A stretch of 64,000 nucleotides of DNA from positions 96,001 through 160,000 of the forward strand of contig CAWJKT010000009.1 in the NCBI GenBank assembly GCA_963843375.1. The letters run 5' to 3'. Both the position numbers and the translations under genes were made by a program. The stretch's first letter is position 1. Every line of letters starts with the position of its first letter. The notes under the pieces were generated by a model. That model was not told where the DNA came from, ran no database searches, and saw nothing but the letters and a program-made list of their open reading frames with translations. Shown here one piece after another: positions 33,797-42,531 of the stretch. This DNA is from an uncultured Pseudomonadota bacterium (GTDB lineage: Bacteria > Oederibacteriota > Muellerivitia > Muellerivitales > Muellerivitaceae).

Positions 33797-35026
33797 ATGA
33801 ATAAAATTTTTTTGAACTACGCTGCCGGGATGGTCTTGGCCCTGTCTTCCATACCCGCTTTCGCGGATATGCCGACAATCTCCCCGACTCCGACCAACAC
33901 ACAACCGACATTTGCATTTGGCGGCATGGTGGACGCTTACTATTCCTATAACTTCCCTAACGCTTCGGATAACACGGTGGGTCAAGGCAACAACTCCAGC
34001 GTTTATTTTTATAACGGTAAAGACGACAGCCTGGCTTTGGGGCTGGCAGAATTAACCGCCAACGCGACCCAAGGTCAAGGAAGTATTCATTTAGTCTTGG
34101 CGGACGGTATCAGTGCCTCCCCCAGCGCGGGCGGGGCGGGACTCAATCCATCCAACCCCCAGGGCATCGATGTGCTTCAAGCTTATTTTTCTTATAAACC
34201 CTCGGACTGGATCCTCAGCGCGGGAAGGTTTGTGGGCTGGACGGGAGCGGAAGTCATCGAAAGCCAGTACAACTGGAACTATACCCACTCGCTTCTTTTT
34301 CAATACACCCGTCCCTATTGGACCACCGGCCTTAGCGCGGCCTATCAACCGGACTCTGTTTTTAAAATCACGGGTTACGCGGTGGATGGTTGGAACAACG
34401 CCTCGGGGGCGGGCATCGGCAAGACTTACGGTTTTCAAATGGGCTTGACGCCTGACTCGGTTTGGAAATTCACGTTGAATGGCCTCATTGGTCCGGGTTC
34501 GGGCACTTCCTACGTCAATTTCGCCGGAACGAACGCCGCCAATTTTGTGGGGGAGGCCATTGTCATGTTCAAGGCCACGGACAAGCTTTCCTTCGCCCTA
34601 CAGGCGGACTATGTCGGCCAGGACGTGACCGGCGCTTCGACTCGAGATGTTTGGGGTTCGGGCGTGGATGCATGGGGTATGGCCCTTTATGGCCGTTATC
34701 AGTTTGAAAAAGATTGGGCCTTGGCTTTGAGAATTGAAAATTTGGAAGACAGCGAAAACATGTTCGGCCTCTTCGGAAACAATTTTATGCTTCCCGGCAA
34801 CTCGCTGGCGGTGGCCCCTGCTAAGGATGTGGAAGCCCAAGAATTGACCGTGACTATCGAACACAACTTGATGCCGAATTTAGTATTTAAAGTGGAAGGC
34901 CGAGCGGACGAGGCTTTGTCCGGCAACCAGGAAGTTCCCCTCACCAAAGGACCCTTTATCCCCGGCAGTGTGAACGATCAGGGCGACGAATTTACCTGTA
35001 CAGCTAGCGCGGTCTATAGCCTCTAA
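33797..35026 (+). CDS. Outer-membrane beta-barrel/porin
   Basis: Signal peptide; G.VDAYYSYNF, QAY..Y, G.EVIES..NWNYT.S.LF. Confidence 0.7.
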   Translation: MNKIFLNYAAGMVLALSSIPAFADMPTISPTPTNTQPTFAFGGMVDAYYSYNFPNASDNTVGQGNNSSVYFYNGKDDSLALGLAELTANATQGQGSIHLVLADGISASPSAGGAGLNPSNPQGIDVLQAYFSYKPSDWILSAGRFVGWTGAEVIESQYNWNYTHSLLFQYTRPYWTTGLSAAYQPDSVFKITGYAVDGWNNASGAGIGKTYGFQMGLTPDSVWKFTLNGLIGPGSGTSYVNFAGTNAANFVGEAIVMFKATDKLSFALQADYVGQDVTGASTRDVWGSGVDAWGMALYGRYQFEKDWALALRIENLEDSENMFGLFGNNFMLPGNSLAVAPAKDVEAQELTVTIEHNLMPNLVFKVEGRADEALSGNQEVPLTKGPFIPGSVNDQGDEFTCTASAVYSL

Positions 35027-35108
35027 TTTCGTTTGAGAATTCTTTTCTAGCGTTGCCTTCCACTTATTTGGTTTAGAAACGCCATTAAAATCATCAAAAA
35101 ACTTACCC

Positions 35109-35140
35109 TTGACTCTGGAGTATACTCCAGCACCTATACT
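35109..35140 (+). promoter_or_regulatory. MerR-type promoter/operator
   Basis: TTGACT-20 bp-TATACT with the perfect palindrome CTGGAGTATACTCCAG in the spacer. Confidence 0.85.
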
Positions 35141-35156
35141 CGCGATTGGAGCGGAT

Positions 35157-35537
35157 ATGAAAACTAATGAAACTGTTTTGCAAATTGGACAAGTTTCCAA
35201 AAAAAGTGGAATGTCCATCGACACCATTCGTTATTACGAAAAGGAAGGTTTACTGAAAAAGCCGTCCCGGAGCGAAGGCGGTTTCAGGGTCTATTCCCAG
35301 GAAGCGGTAGACCAATTGGTTTTTATTCGAAAAGCCCAAGCTATGGGACTGACGCTTAAAGAAATTAAAAAAATTATGTGTTGCGGAGATAAAGGGCTTG
35401 AACCTTGCTGTGACCTGACGGTTGATTTGTTCGCGGCAAAAATCAACGAATTTGAAACCAAAATCTCGGAACTCGAAGAGATGAAGAAAAAGTTAAAGAC
35501 CGTATTGGGTGGTTGGGTAACAAAAAAGAGGAAATAA
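35157..35537 (+). CDS. MerR-family heavy-metal-responsive regulator
   Basis: IGQVSK..TIRYYEKEGLL..R.EGGFR.Y; Cys pairs CC...CC. Confidence 0.9.
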   Translation: MKTNETVLQIGQVSKKSGMSIDTIRYYEKEGLLKKPSRSEGGFRVYSQEAVDQLVFIRKAQAMGLTLKEIKKIMCCGDKGLEPCCDLTVDLFAAKINEFETKISELEEMKKKLKTVLGGWVTKKRK

Positions 35538-35547
35538 GGGGGCTGTT

Positions 35548-35985
35548 ATGGCGCTAAAGGTTTTGATTTTATGCACAAAGAATTCCTGTCGCTCACAAAT
35601 GGCGGAAGGTGTATTGAAACATTACGGTGGCGACAAGTTCATTGTAGAAAGCGCGGGTTTAGAACCTACACACGTTAATAAGAACGCCATCAAAGTCATG
35701 AAAGAAATCGGTATTGATATTTCCAATCAAAGTTCAAAGAACGTTGTAAGTTTCTTGGGGCAGTATTTTGGATTCATTATCACGGTTTGTTCTGATGCGG
35801 ATATGAGATGCCCAATTTTCCCAGGCGTGGCACAGCGGCTTTATTGGCCGTTCAATGACCCGCCCCAAACGGAAGAAGAGTCGGCTGAAATACTGGATGA
35901 ATTTCGTAAAGTTCGTGATGAAATTCATGTGAGATTCAAAGAAGTGGCTGAGAAGGGGTTTGGCGCTTTCACGGCTAAGAAGTAA
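35548..35985 (+). CDS. arsC: Arsenate reductase (LMW-PTP type)
   Basis: CTKNSCRSQMAEG, ITVC..CP, W.F.DP. Confidence 0.9.
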   Translation: MALKVLILCTKNSCRSQMAEGVLKHYGGDKFIVESAGLEPTHVNKNAIKVMKEIGIDISNQSSKNVVSFLGQYFGFIITVCSDADMRCPIFPGVAQRLYWPFNDPPQTEEESAEILDEFRKVRDEIHVRFKEVAEKGFGAFTAKK

Positions 35986-35986
35986 C

Positions 35987-36187
35987 ATGACCGGCGAGAT
36001 GGCGTTGTTTCGATGGTTTTTGGGAATGGCACAAATAACAGGCTCGACTATGGCGTTGGTGTTTTTGTTTAGAACTGGTTTGAGTCCGTTGTTCTGGGTG
36101 ACTTTTGCGGTCACAACTATTTTTACCATCACCAGCCGAATCCTATTTTGGCGGGGAAAGCATTGGAAGTCGTTCTTTACGGAATGA
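35987..36187 (+). CDS. Small membrane protein
   Basis: Two hydrophobic segments within the ars operon. Confidence 0.45.
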   Translation: MTGEMALFRWFLGMAQITGSTMALVFLFRTGLSPLFWVTFAVTTIFTITSRILFWRGKHWKSFFTE

Positions 36188-36209
36188 TTCAAATTGAGGG
36201 GACATAACG

Positions 36210-36614
36210 ATGAGAGTTCATGTATCGATTAACGTCAAAAACGTCAGTGAATCGGTTGAGTTCTATGAAAAGGTATTCGGCGTCAAGCCACAAAAGCAGA
36301 CAGCCGATTACGCTAAATTTGATCTGAAAAAACCCGCTCTCAATTTTTCAATGCAGTCTCATTCAGACAGACCCATTAGTCGGGTTACCCATTTCGGGGT
36401 TGAAGTTGATTCGCCTATGGAACTTCAGGATTTTCAAAATAGGCTTAACGCAAGTGGTATTGCCGTAGAGGAAGAAAAACAGACTGCTTGTTGCTTTGCC
36501 CGTCAGGATAAAGCTTGGTTCAAAGACCCAGACGGCAATTCCTGGGAAATATTTCACGTGTATGAGCAGTTGCCAATTCATCCTTCTTCCAATTCCAGTC
36601 AGTGTTGTGCCTAA
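36210..36614 (+). CDS. ArsI/CadI-family VOC metalloenzyme
   Basis: RVHVSINV, HFGVEV, CCFARQDK.W..DPDGN.WE. Confidence 0.88.
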   Translation: MRVHVSINVKNVSESVEFYEKVFGVKPQKQTADYAKFDLKKPALNFSMQSHSDRPISRVTHFGVEVDSPMELQDFQNRLNASGIAVEEEKQTACCFARQDKAWFKDPDGNSWEIFHVYEQLPIHPSSNSSQCCA

Positions 36615-36641
36615 TTAATCCATCAGATAAAGGAAATGTAA

Positions 36642-37703
36642 ATGAGTGATCTTTCTAAAAAGATGAATGTCTTTGAACGTTACCTCACCCTTTGGGTTGT
36701 GCTTTGTATGGTGTTGGGTGTTTTGATTGGCAAAGTTTTACCCCAGGTTGTTACGGCGTTACAGCAAATGGAATTTGGCACAGGTAGCCATATCAACATT
36801 CCTATAGCTATTCTGATTTGGTTGATGATCTACCCGATGATGTTGAAGATAGACTTTGCCTCAATTAAGAACGTCGGCAAGCGTCCCAAAGGACTCTTGG
36901 TAACCTTGTTTGTTAACTGGCTCGTGAAGCCTTTCTCAATGGCTTTTTTGGGATGGTTTTTCTTTAAGGTGCTTTTTGTGCCCTTCTTGGGAGCGGAAGT
37001 GGCTAACCAGTATTTGGCAGGTGTCATCATCTTAGCCGCCGCACCTTGCACCGCTATGGTATTTGTCTGGTCTTATTTAGCGGGCGGGGATGCCGCTTAC
37101 ACGTTAGTTCAAGTATCGGTTAATGACCTGATTATGCTGGTCGCTTTTGCTCCCATTGTTCGGTTCTTGGTATCGGGCGCGTCGGGGTTGGAAGTTCCTT
37201 TCCAAGTTCTTTTATATTCAGTCCTTATTTTTGTAGTTATTCCACTCTTACTAGGCGCTGTCAGTCGTTGGCTCCTCATCCAAAAGAGTGGAGCCAAATG
37301 GTTCAATGAAAAGTTTTTGCCCGTATTCCAACCCATCACCATATTGGCTTTGCTGGCTACTCTGGTTTTGATCTTTGCCTTTCAGGCTCAAAACATTACG
37401 GGTAGGTGGTTGGATGTATTTTTAATCGCGATTCCCATTCTTATCCAGGTTTACTTTAACGCGGGGCTTGCCTATGGTTTGATGAAGCTTTTGAAAGTGC
37501 CTTATTCAGTGGCCGCGCCTGGCGCGTTGATTGGTGCCTCGAATTTCTTTGAATTGGCGGTCGCTACTGCGATCGCTTTGTATGGCCCGGGCAGTGGAGC
37601 GGCTTTAGCAACGGTAGTGGGGGTATTGGTCGAAGTGCCTGTCATGTTGTCGGTTTGTTCCATTTGTACTAATACAAAGGGTTGGTTTGGAAAGGAAAAA
37701 TAA
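36642..37703 (+). CDS. acr3: ACR3 arsenite efflux transporter
   Basis: FERYLTLWV, NWLVKPF, APCTAMVFVW, GASNFFELAVA, LVEVPVML. Confidence 0.95.
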   Translation: MSDLSKKMNVFERYLTLWVVLCMVLGVLIGKVLPQVVTALQQMEFGTGSHINIPIAILIWLMIYPMMLKIDFASIKNVGKRPKGLLVTLFVNWLVKPFSMAFLGWFFFKVLFVPFLGAEVANQYLAGVIILAAAPCTAMVFVWSYLAGGDAAYTLVQVSVNDLIMLVAFAPIVRFLVSGASGLEVPFQVLLYSVLIFVVIPLLLGAVSRWLLIQKSGAKWFNEKFLPVFQPITILALLATLVLIFAFQAQNITGRWLDVFLIAIPILIQVYFNAGLAYGLMKLLKVPYSVAAPGALIGASNFFELAVATAIALYGPGSGAALATVVGVLVEVPVMLSVCSICTNTKGWFGKEK

Positions 37704-37706
37704 ACC

Positions 37707-38126
37707 ATGAAAAAGATTCTTTTTCTTTGCGTCGCGAATTCTGGCAGAAGTCAAATGGCCGAAGGAATCGCAAAAGAACTTTGGGGCGATAGCGCCCTTA
37801 TTCAAAGCGCCGGGTCAAAGCCATCATTGGTGAATCCCTATTCCATCAAGGTTCTGGCAGAGATTGGGATTAATGCTTCAGGCCAATATTCCAAGTCGGT
37901 GGCGGATATCGACCCTTCAACAGTGGATACGGTTATTACTCTTTGCGCCGAAGAAGAGTGTCCTGTTTTCTTGGGTAAGGCAGAGAGGATTCATTGGCCC
38001 TTGCCCGACCCTGGTGTTGGGGCCAATAGCGAAGAAGAAAAGCTTCAAAGTTTTCGTAAAGTTCGCGATGAAATAAAAAGCCGATTGAATAAGTTTAAAA
38101 ACGAAATGGGCGTTAAGGCAATTTAA
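37707..38126 (+). CDS. arsC: Arsenate reductase (second copy)
   Basis: CVANSGRSQMAEG, ITLC..CP, HWPLPDP. Confidence 0.88.
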   Translation: MKKILFLCVANSGRSQMAEGIAKELWGDSALIQSAGSKPSLVNPYSIKVLAEIGINASGQYSKSVADIDPSTVDTVITLCAEEECPVFLGKAERIHWPLPDPGVGANSEEEKLQSFRKVRDEIKSRLNKFKNEMGVKAI

Positions 38127-38161
38127 TAAAATTTAGTTCAAAAATACCAAAGAACTAACCT

Positions 38162-38189
38162 TGTCCACGGCGGGGACCTGTAGTAAACA
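38162..38189 (+). repeat. Palindromic putative recombination site 8 (diverged right arm)
   Basis: TGTCCACGGCGGG-GA-CCTGTAGTAAACA, 35 bp after the arsC stop. Confidence 0.78.
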
Positions 38190-38537
38190 ATAATTTTTTC
38201 ACCATTTTGACCGTTTCCTCATTTTTCCCTGAACCTTTTCCCATAGTTTCCCGTAACACTTCGCTCCATGTGTAACATATTAGGAATTTTATTCCCCCCA
38301 GCTTCAACCACAATGGTGAAACTATGCAACGAGACTATCGAAGTGATAGCGACGACACCTGAAAATTTGTCCAAGGAAATGGGATTGAAATAATCAGTGT
38401 TTGTGACTCGGATCATAATGTGAGCCCCCAAAAATCATTTAAAATAATTTTCAGAATAATTTATTTCGCTGTGATCGGGGTCATATTCCCCTGTTACATT
38501 TCGAAGTGAATTCACTAAACCCAAAAAGGAGGAATTT

Positions 38538-38708
38538 ATGGCAAAGACAAATGACAAGGAAGCGACAAAGAAATCGGAGAAGGATGTCTCGAAGGATAAC
38601 CTGGAAGTGGCGGCATATTACCACTGGCAGCAACGGGGGTGCCCAAACAATGATGAATTGTGCGATTGGGTGGAAGCGGAAAAGGAATTGGTCGGAGCCT
38701 CAAAATAA
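38538..38708 (+). CDS. DUF2934-domain small protein (56 aa; not in ORF track)
   Basis: RBS AGGAGG; ...LEVAAYYHWQQRGCPNNDELCDWVEAEKEL. Confidence 0.75.
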   Translation: MAKTNDKEATKKSEKDVSKDNLEVAAYYHWQQRGCPNNDELCDWVEAEKELVGASK

Positions 38709-39110
38709 ATCTTAATAAATAAATTGCTTTATACGACGCCGCTTGAATCAACCGTGTCCCAAACCCTTGTGGACACGGTTTCGAGCTTAAAGAGCAAACC
38801 GATACAAACGGGAGGCGGAACATGGTTGACGCCGTTATAAAGAAATACGGGCCTTTTTTTGAAAAATTGATACTGTGGGTAATAGAAGGTAAAAAATCCC
38901 CTTTTTGTCGGGACTATCCCCCAAGGTTGAAAACAACTCAAAAATCTTTTCGGAAAATGCGCAATAAAAACAAAGCCTTGGCTGTTCTGGCTCACGCTCC
39001 AATCCACCAAAAAGCTTAAAATGATTACTGGAAGAGGTTCTTGATAGGATACCGAGAAGGTGCCAGCGGAGTTATTCTGACGTGGTAAGAAAAAGAATCC
39101 TCCTCTAGAG

Positions 39111-39149
39111 GAACCCCGGATGGTTGTTAATCCCGGGGTTTTTTATTTT
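39111..39149 (+). terminator. Intrinsic terminator just upstream of site 9
   Basis: AACCCCGG...CCGGGGTT followed by TTTTATTTT. Confidence 0.65.
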
Positions 39150-39165
39150 AGGGTTGTCCACGACG

Positions 39166-41106
39166 GTGCGTCCAGAAAAGGCAGGTGTGTTCAGCAAGAG
39201 ATAGTCTTGCATGGGTAATAGCCAAAGCCCATTAGCTAGGATGGCAGGCAAGCGGGAAACCTAATGTCTGAAGCCCATCAACAAAGCCATCGAAAGGATG
39301 GTGAGCGAGTCGTCGGGCCGTAACGAAAGTAAATGCACAGGTGGCCCCGAAAACAATTGCCTCGAAGGCCGAGTCCGCCGTCGTGGGACGAAGGCATCAT
39401 GGGCCAGCGCAGAGATATGGCTGAAGCGCTGGAACACTTCGGCGGGGTGATAGCAACGGCACGATGACAAGGACACGCCAAGCAACTGGAGAAACCCTCC
39501 TTGCCCCAAGCAGAAATGCTTGGAGAAGGGTAAGCCGTATAACCGTGACGCGGGAAAACGGCTGAAGGCGAGAGGGTTTAGGATGGGTTCATGGTAGCGA
39601 CGAAGCGTGGTAATGCCCGTGGAGCGAAGGAACCCTGCTGCTGTTAAGTCTCTCGACAAAACGGAAGGCAGTGACGGTATGAAAAAAACGTCTATCAACC
39701 TGCAAGACCTGAGACGAGAGATATACGTCAAAGCGAAGGCTGAAAAGAACTGGAGTTTCTGGGGACTGTACACTCATGTTTGCAAGATGAAAACGCTTCA
39801 ACAGGCATACCGGATGGCTAAGGTAAATAACGGAGCCCCAGGAATAGATGGGGTAACGTTTGATGCCATTGAGGGAGCTGGAGTGGAGCCATTTCTGGAA
39901 AGCATCCGGGGTGAATTAGTTCAAGGCACGTATAAGCCCGCTCGAAATCGGAAGAAGGAAATACCCAAGGGAAATGGGAAGGTAAGAGTCCTTGGGATAC
40001 CGAACATTCGGGATAGAGTAGTCCAGGGAGCGATGAAGCTCATTCTGGAGCCGATTTTTGAGGCCGATTTTCAAGAAGGGTCCTATGGGTATCGACCCAA
40101 GCGGACCGCTCATGCGGCTGTGAACAGGGTAGCATCAGCAATCGTTTGTAGAAAAACCCGAGTCATCGATGTAGACCTCAAGGCATATTTCGACACGGTA
40201 AGGCATGACCTGCTGATGAAGAAAGTTGCCCGAAGGGTTGAGGATGAAACGGTGTTGGGATTGTTGAAGATGATCCTGAAAGCCAGCGGCAAAAGAGGAG
40301 TCCCGCAGGGAGGGGTTATTTCTCCGCTTCTGGCAAATCTCTACCTCAACGAGGTGGATAAGATGCTGGAAAAGGCAAAAGAAGTGACCCGGCAAGGGAA
40401 GAACGACTATATCGAATATGCGAGGTTTGCTGACGATATGGTGATCCTTGTTAATGGATATCCGCAATGGGAATGGTTGGCAAAGGCTGCCTACCGAAGG
40501 TTACTTGAAGAGTTGACCAAGCTCGACTTACAAATCAACACGGACAAGACACGGATAGCAGACCTAACGAAAGGAGAAAGTTTCGGATTTCTGGGGTTTG
40601 ACTTTCGACAGGTGAAAACCCGTCGAGGGAAATGGGGAGTGAAGTTCACGCCGAAAATGAAGGCTCGGACAACACTTTTAGGCAAGCTCAAGGAAACATT
40701 TCGAAGCTTTCAATCCCAGCCGGTGCAGAGGGTGATTGAGCTGATCAATCCCAAACTGCGTGGATGGGTCAATTACTTTCGGATAGGAAATTCTAGTCGT
40801 TGTTTTAATTACGTGGAAAGATGGGTCGAGAATAAAATCAGAAGGCACATGATGCGTGCGAAGAAGCTTGATGGTTTTGGGCGGAATAGGTGGAGTAGGG
40901 AATGGATAAATAAGTATCTGGGGTTGTACAGAAGTTACCAAATACGTTATTACCAAGAACCGAAAGCACTACCAGTCCAATAAGTCACATAAACTTTGAC
41001 ATGAAGACAACAGGTGAGCGTAGTGCGGGAAATCCGCACGCTACGTTCGAGGAGGCGGGGACTGGAAACGGAGCCAGAAGGCCACCGCACCAGCCCTCGA
41101 CCCTAC
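39166..41106 (+). mobile_element. Group II intron (AGC catalytic triad, IIB-like)
   Basis: 5' GTGCG; domain V GAGCGTAGTGCGGGAAATCCGCACGCTACGTTC at 41016-41048; 3' end CCCTAC; internal RT ORF. Confidence 0.92.
39679..40983 (+). CDS. ltrA: Group II intron reverse transcriptase/maturase without endonuclease domain
   Basis: GAPGIDG, RVLGIP.IRDRVVQ, SYGYRP, PQGGVISPLLAN, RFADD, FLGF, LRGWVNYF. Confidence 0.93.
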   Translation: MKKTSINLQDLRREIYVKAKAEKNWSFWGLYTHVCKMKTLQQAYRMAKVNNGAPGIDGVTFDAIEGAGVEPFLESIRGELVQGTYKPARNRKKEIPKGNGKVRVLGIPNIRDRVVQGAMKLILEPIFEADFQEGSYGYRPKRTAHAAVNRVASAIVCRKTRVIDVDLKAYFDTVRHDLLMKKVARRVEDETVLGLLKMILKASGKRGVPQGGVISPLLANLYLNEVDKMLEKAKEVTRQGKNDYIEYARFADDMVILVNGYPQWEWLAKAAYRRLLEELTKLDLQINTDKTRIADLTKGESFGFLGFDFRQVKTRRGKWGVKFTPKMKARTTLLGKLKETFRSFQSQPVQRVIELINPKLRGWVNYFRIGNSSRCFNYVERWVENKIRRHMMRAKKLDGFGRNRWSREWINKYLGLYRSYQIRYYQEPKALPVQ

Positions 41107-41159
41107 AGGAGCCATCGTGGACACCTAATTTCCTTGCTTGAGAATAACCCCAAGTGATT

Positions 41160-42005
41160 TTAGGATTTACGGCCCTTGACCGCCGAGTTCCTTTTTAAAA
41201 CCCTCTGAACCTTATCCCAAAGCTTCTTCGATATGAGGGGTTGGTATTTGCCCTCGTAATGTTGTCCCTTCCATTGGAATGTTCCCGAATACATCTTGTT
41301 GGTGAGGATTTTGTGAACCGTACTCCGGGGAAGTGGCTTATTGCTTTTGCGAAAGACTAATCCCTTGGCTTTGAATTTCTCCGTTATCTCGTTGAGGGAA
41401 TAATCCCCTGAAGAATAGGTTTTGAATAGACGGATTACAAAAGGAGCCAAACGGCGATCCGGTTTGATGGTTCTTTTTCCCGCCTTTCCCAAAATGTTCT
41501 TATAACCCATGGGAGCCACCGAAGGCCAAATCCCCTGTTCCGCTTTTTCCGTCATGCCTTTACGAGTCTCTTCCGAAAGGTTATCCACGTAGTTCTTGGC
41601 CATCAAGACCTTAATCCCGTGGATGAACTTGTCGGCGGATTTGGAGTGGCTTGAAACGACGGCCCCTTCCTTGACCAAATGGATCTCAATGTCGATATCC
41701 TCCAAACAGACGTAATCTTTGAAATTGCGGTATAGGCGGTCGGTCTTCTCGACCAGCAGGTACTTGCAGTTGGAGTTGTTGATTAGGAAATCCACCATCT
41801 TCGCGAAGCCTACCCGACCCGATTGTTTGGCGGTTTCCACGTCGCGGAATTCCTTCACAATCTCGAAACCCTGGGTTTGACCATATTGACGAAGAAGCCT
41901 CAACTGGGCGGGGATTGAGAAGCCCTGCTTTTCTTGTCCCTTCGAGGACACCCGGACATAGAGGACGGCCTGGATGGCTCGACTGACCTTGCGATTTGAT
42001 TTCAT
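41160..42005 (-). CDS. Serine recombinase (catalytic plus recombinase domain; no zinc-ribbon/coiled-coil)
   Basis: YVRVSS catalytic Ser, DRLYR, APMGY, ILTN.MY.G, PLISKKLWDKVQ, then stop after 281 aa. Confidence 0.9.
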   Translation of the reverse strand: MKSNRKVSRAIQAVLYVRVSSKGQEKQGFSIPAQLRLLRQYGQTQGFEIVKEFRDVETAKQSGRVGFAKMVDFLINNSNCKYLLVEKTDRLYRNFKDYVCLEDIDIEIHLVKEGAVVSSHSKSADKFIHGIKVLMAKNYVDNLSEETRKGMTEKAEQGIWPSVAPMGYKNILGKAGKRTIKPDRRLAPFVIRLFKTYSSGDYSLNEITEKFKAKGLVFRKSNKPLPRSTVHKILTNKMYSGTFQWKGQHYEGKYQPLISKKLWDKVQRVLKRNSAVKGRKS

Positions 42006-42082
42006 TTATTTCCTCCGGTAGATAAGTTAAGGCATAAAGTTTCCATTTCAGAGGATAGGACCTGAGAGGAATAAGGCGAAAT

Positions 42083-42439
42083 GGAGTTCAATCCATTTGA
42101 ACTCAAAAAGTGGTTTTAGAGATTATTTATGGCGGGTTTCCAAAATTTTTGGAACGTAATGATGGAAGTTATTGGGAAGGTTTCTCACGACTTTATGGGA
42201 CTAAGTGGTTTATTGGGGTAAGTCTGAAGGGAAAGGACTCGTGGCGCAAGTGAGTGGCATAAAGGCTATAAGAATCAGGGATGAATGAGGACGGTGTAAG
42301 TTCTTAGGACAAGCTGGCGGATAAAGCCCAGAGGAAACCAGCGGCAGTGGAGTGAGTGTTGGGTGTTTTTGTCCATTCCAAAGGAGTTCAATTCATTTGA
42401 ACTCAAAAAGTGGACTTGAACCTTATTCAAGGCGGGTTT
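42083..42439. repeat. Two ~57-bp imperfect direct repeats 300 bp apart, each with palindrome GAGTTCAA-N5-TTGAACTC
   Basis: 42083-42139 and 42383-42439: GGAGTTCAATYCATTTGAACTCAAAAAGTGG...GGCGGGTTT. Confidence 0.8.
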
Positions 42440-42531
42440 TTCCATGCTCCGATGGCGAACCCCCCTATCTACGCATCAATAGAAATGCGTAAACCGATAG
42501 GGGGGTTCGCCCTCTCCGCATGGAAAAACCC
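42434..42531. other. Long inverted repeat / stem-loop
   Basis: GGGTTTTTCCATGC..GGCGAACCCCCCTATC..GATAGGGGGGTTCGCC..GCATGGAAAAACCC. Confidence 0.75.

Larger units (their letters stand above)
39155..41123 (+). repeat. Recombination site 9, split by a group II intron (halves 39155-39165 and 41107-41123)
   Basis: Removing the intron restores TGTCCACGACGAG-GA-GCCATCGTGGACA. Confidence 0.85.

Noticed and set aside
39029..39110. SAM or other riboswitch suggested by AAGGTGCCA
   Set aside because: Other conserved aptamer elements are missing and no regulated ORF follows.
39111..39170. Intron as a terminator-targeting group IIC element
   Set aside because: A terminator does lie just upstream, but domain V has an AGC rather than CGC triad and both EBS1 and EBS2 matches to the exon are visible.
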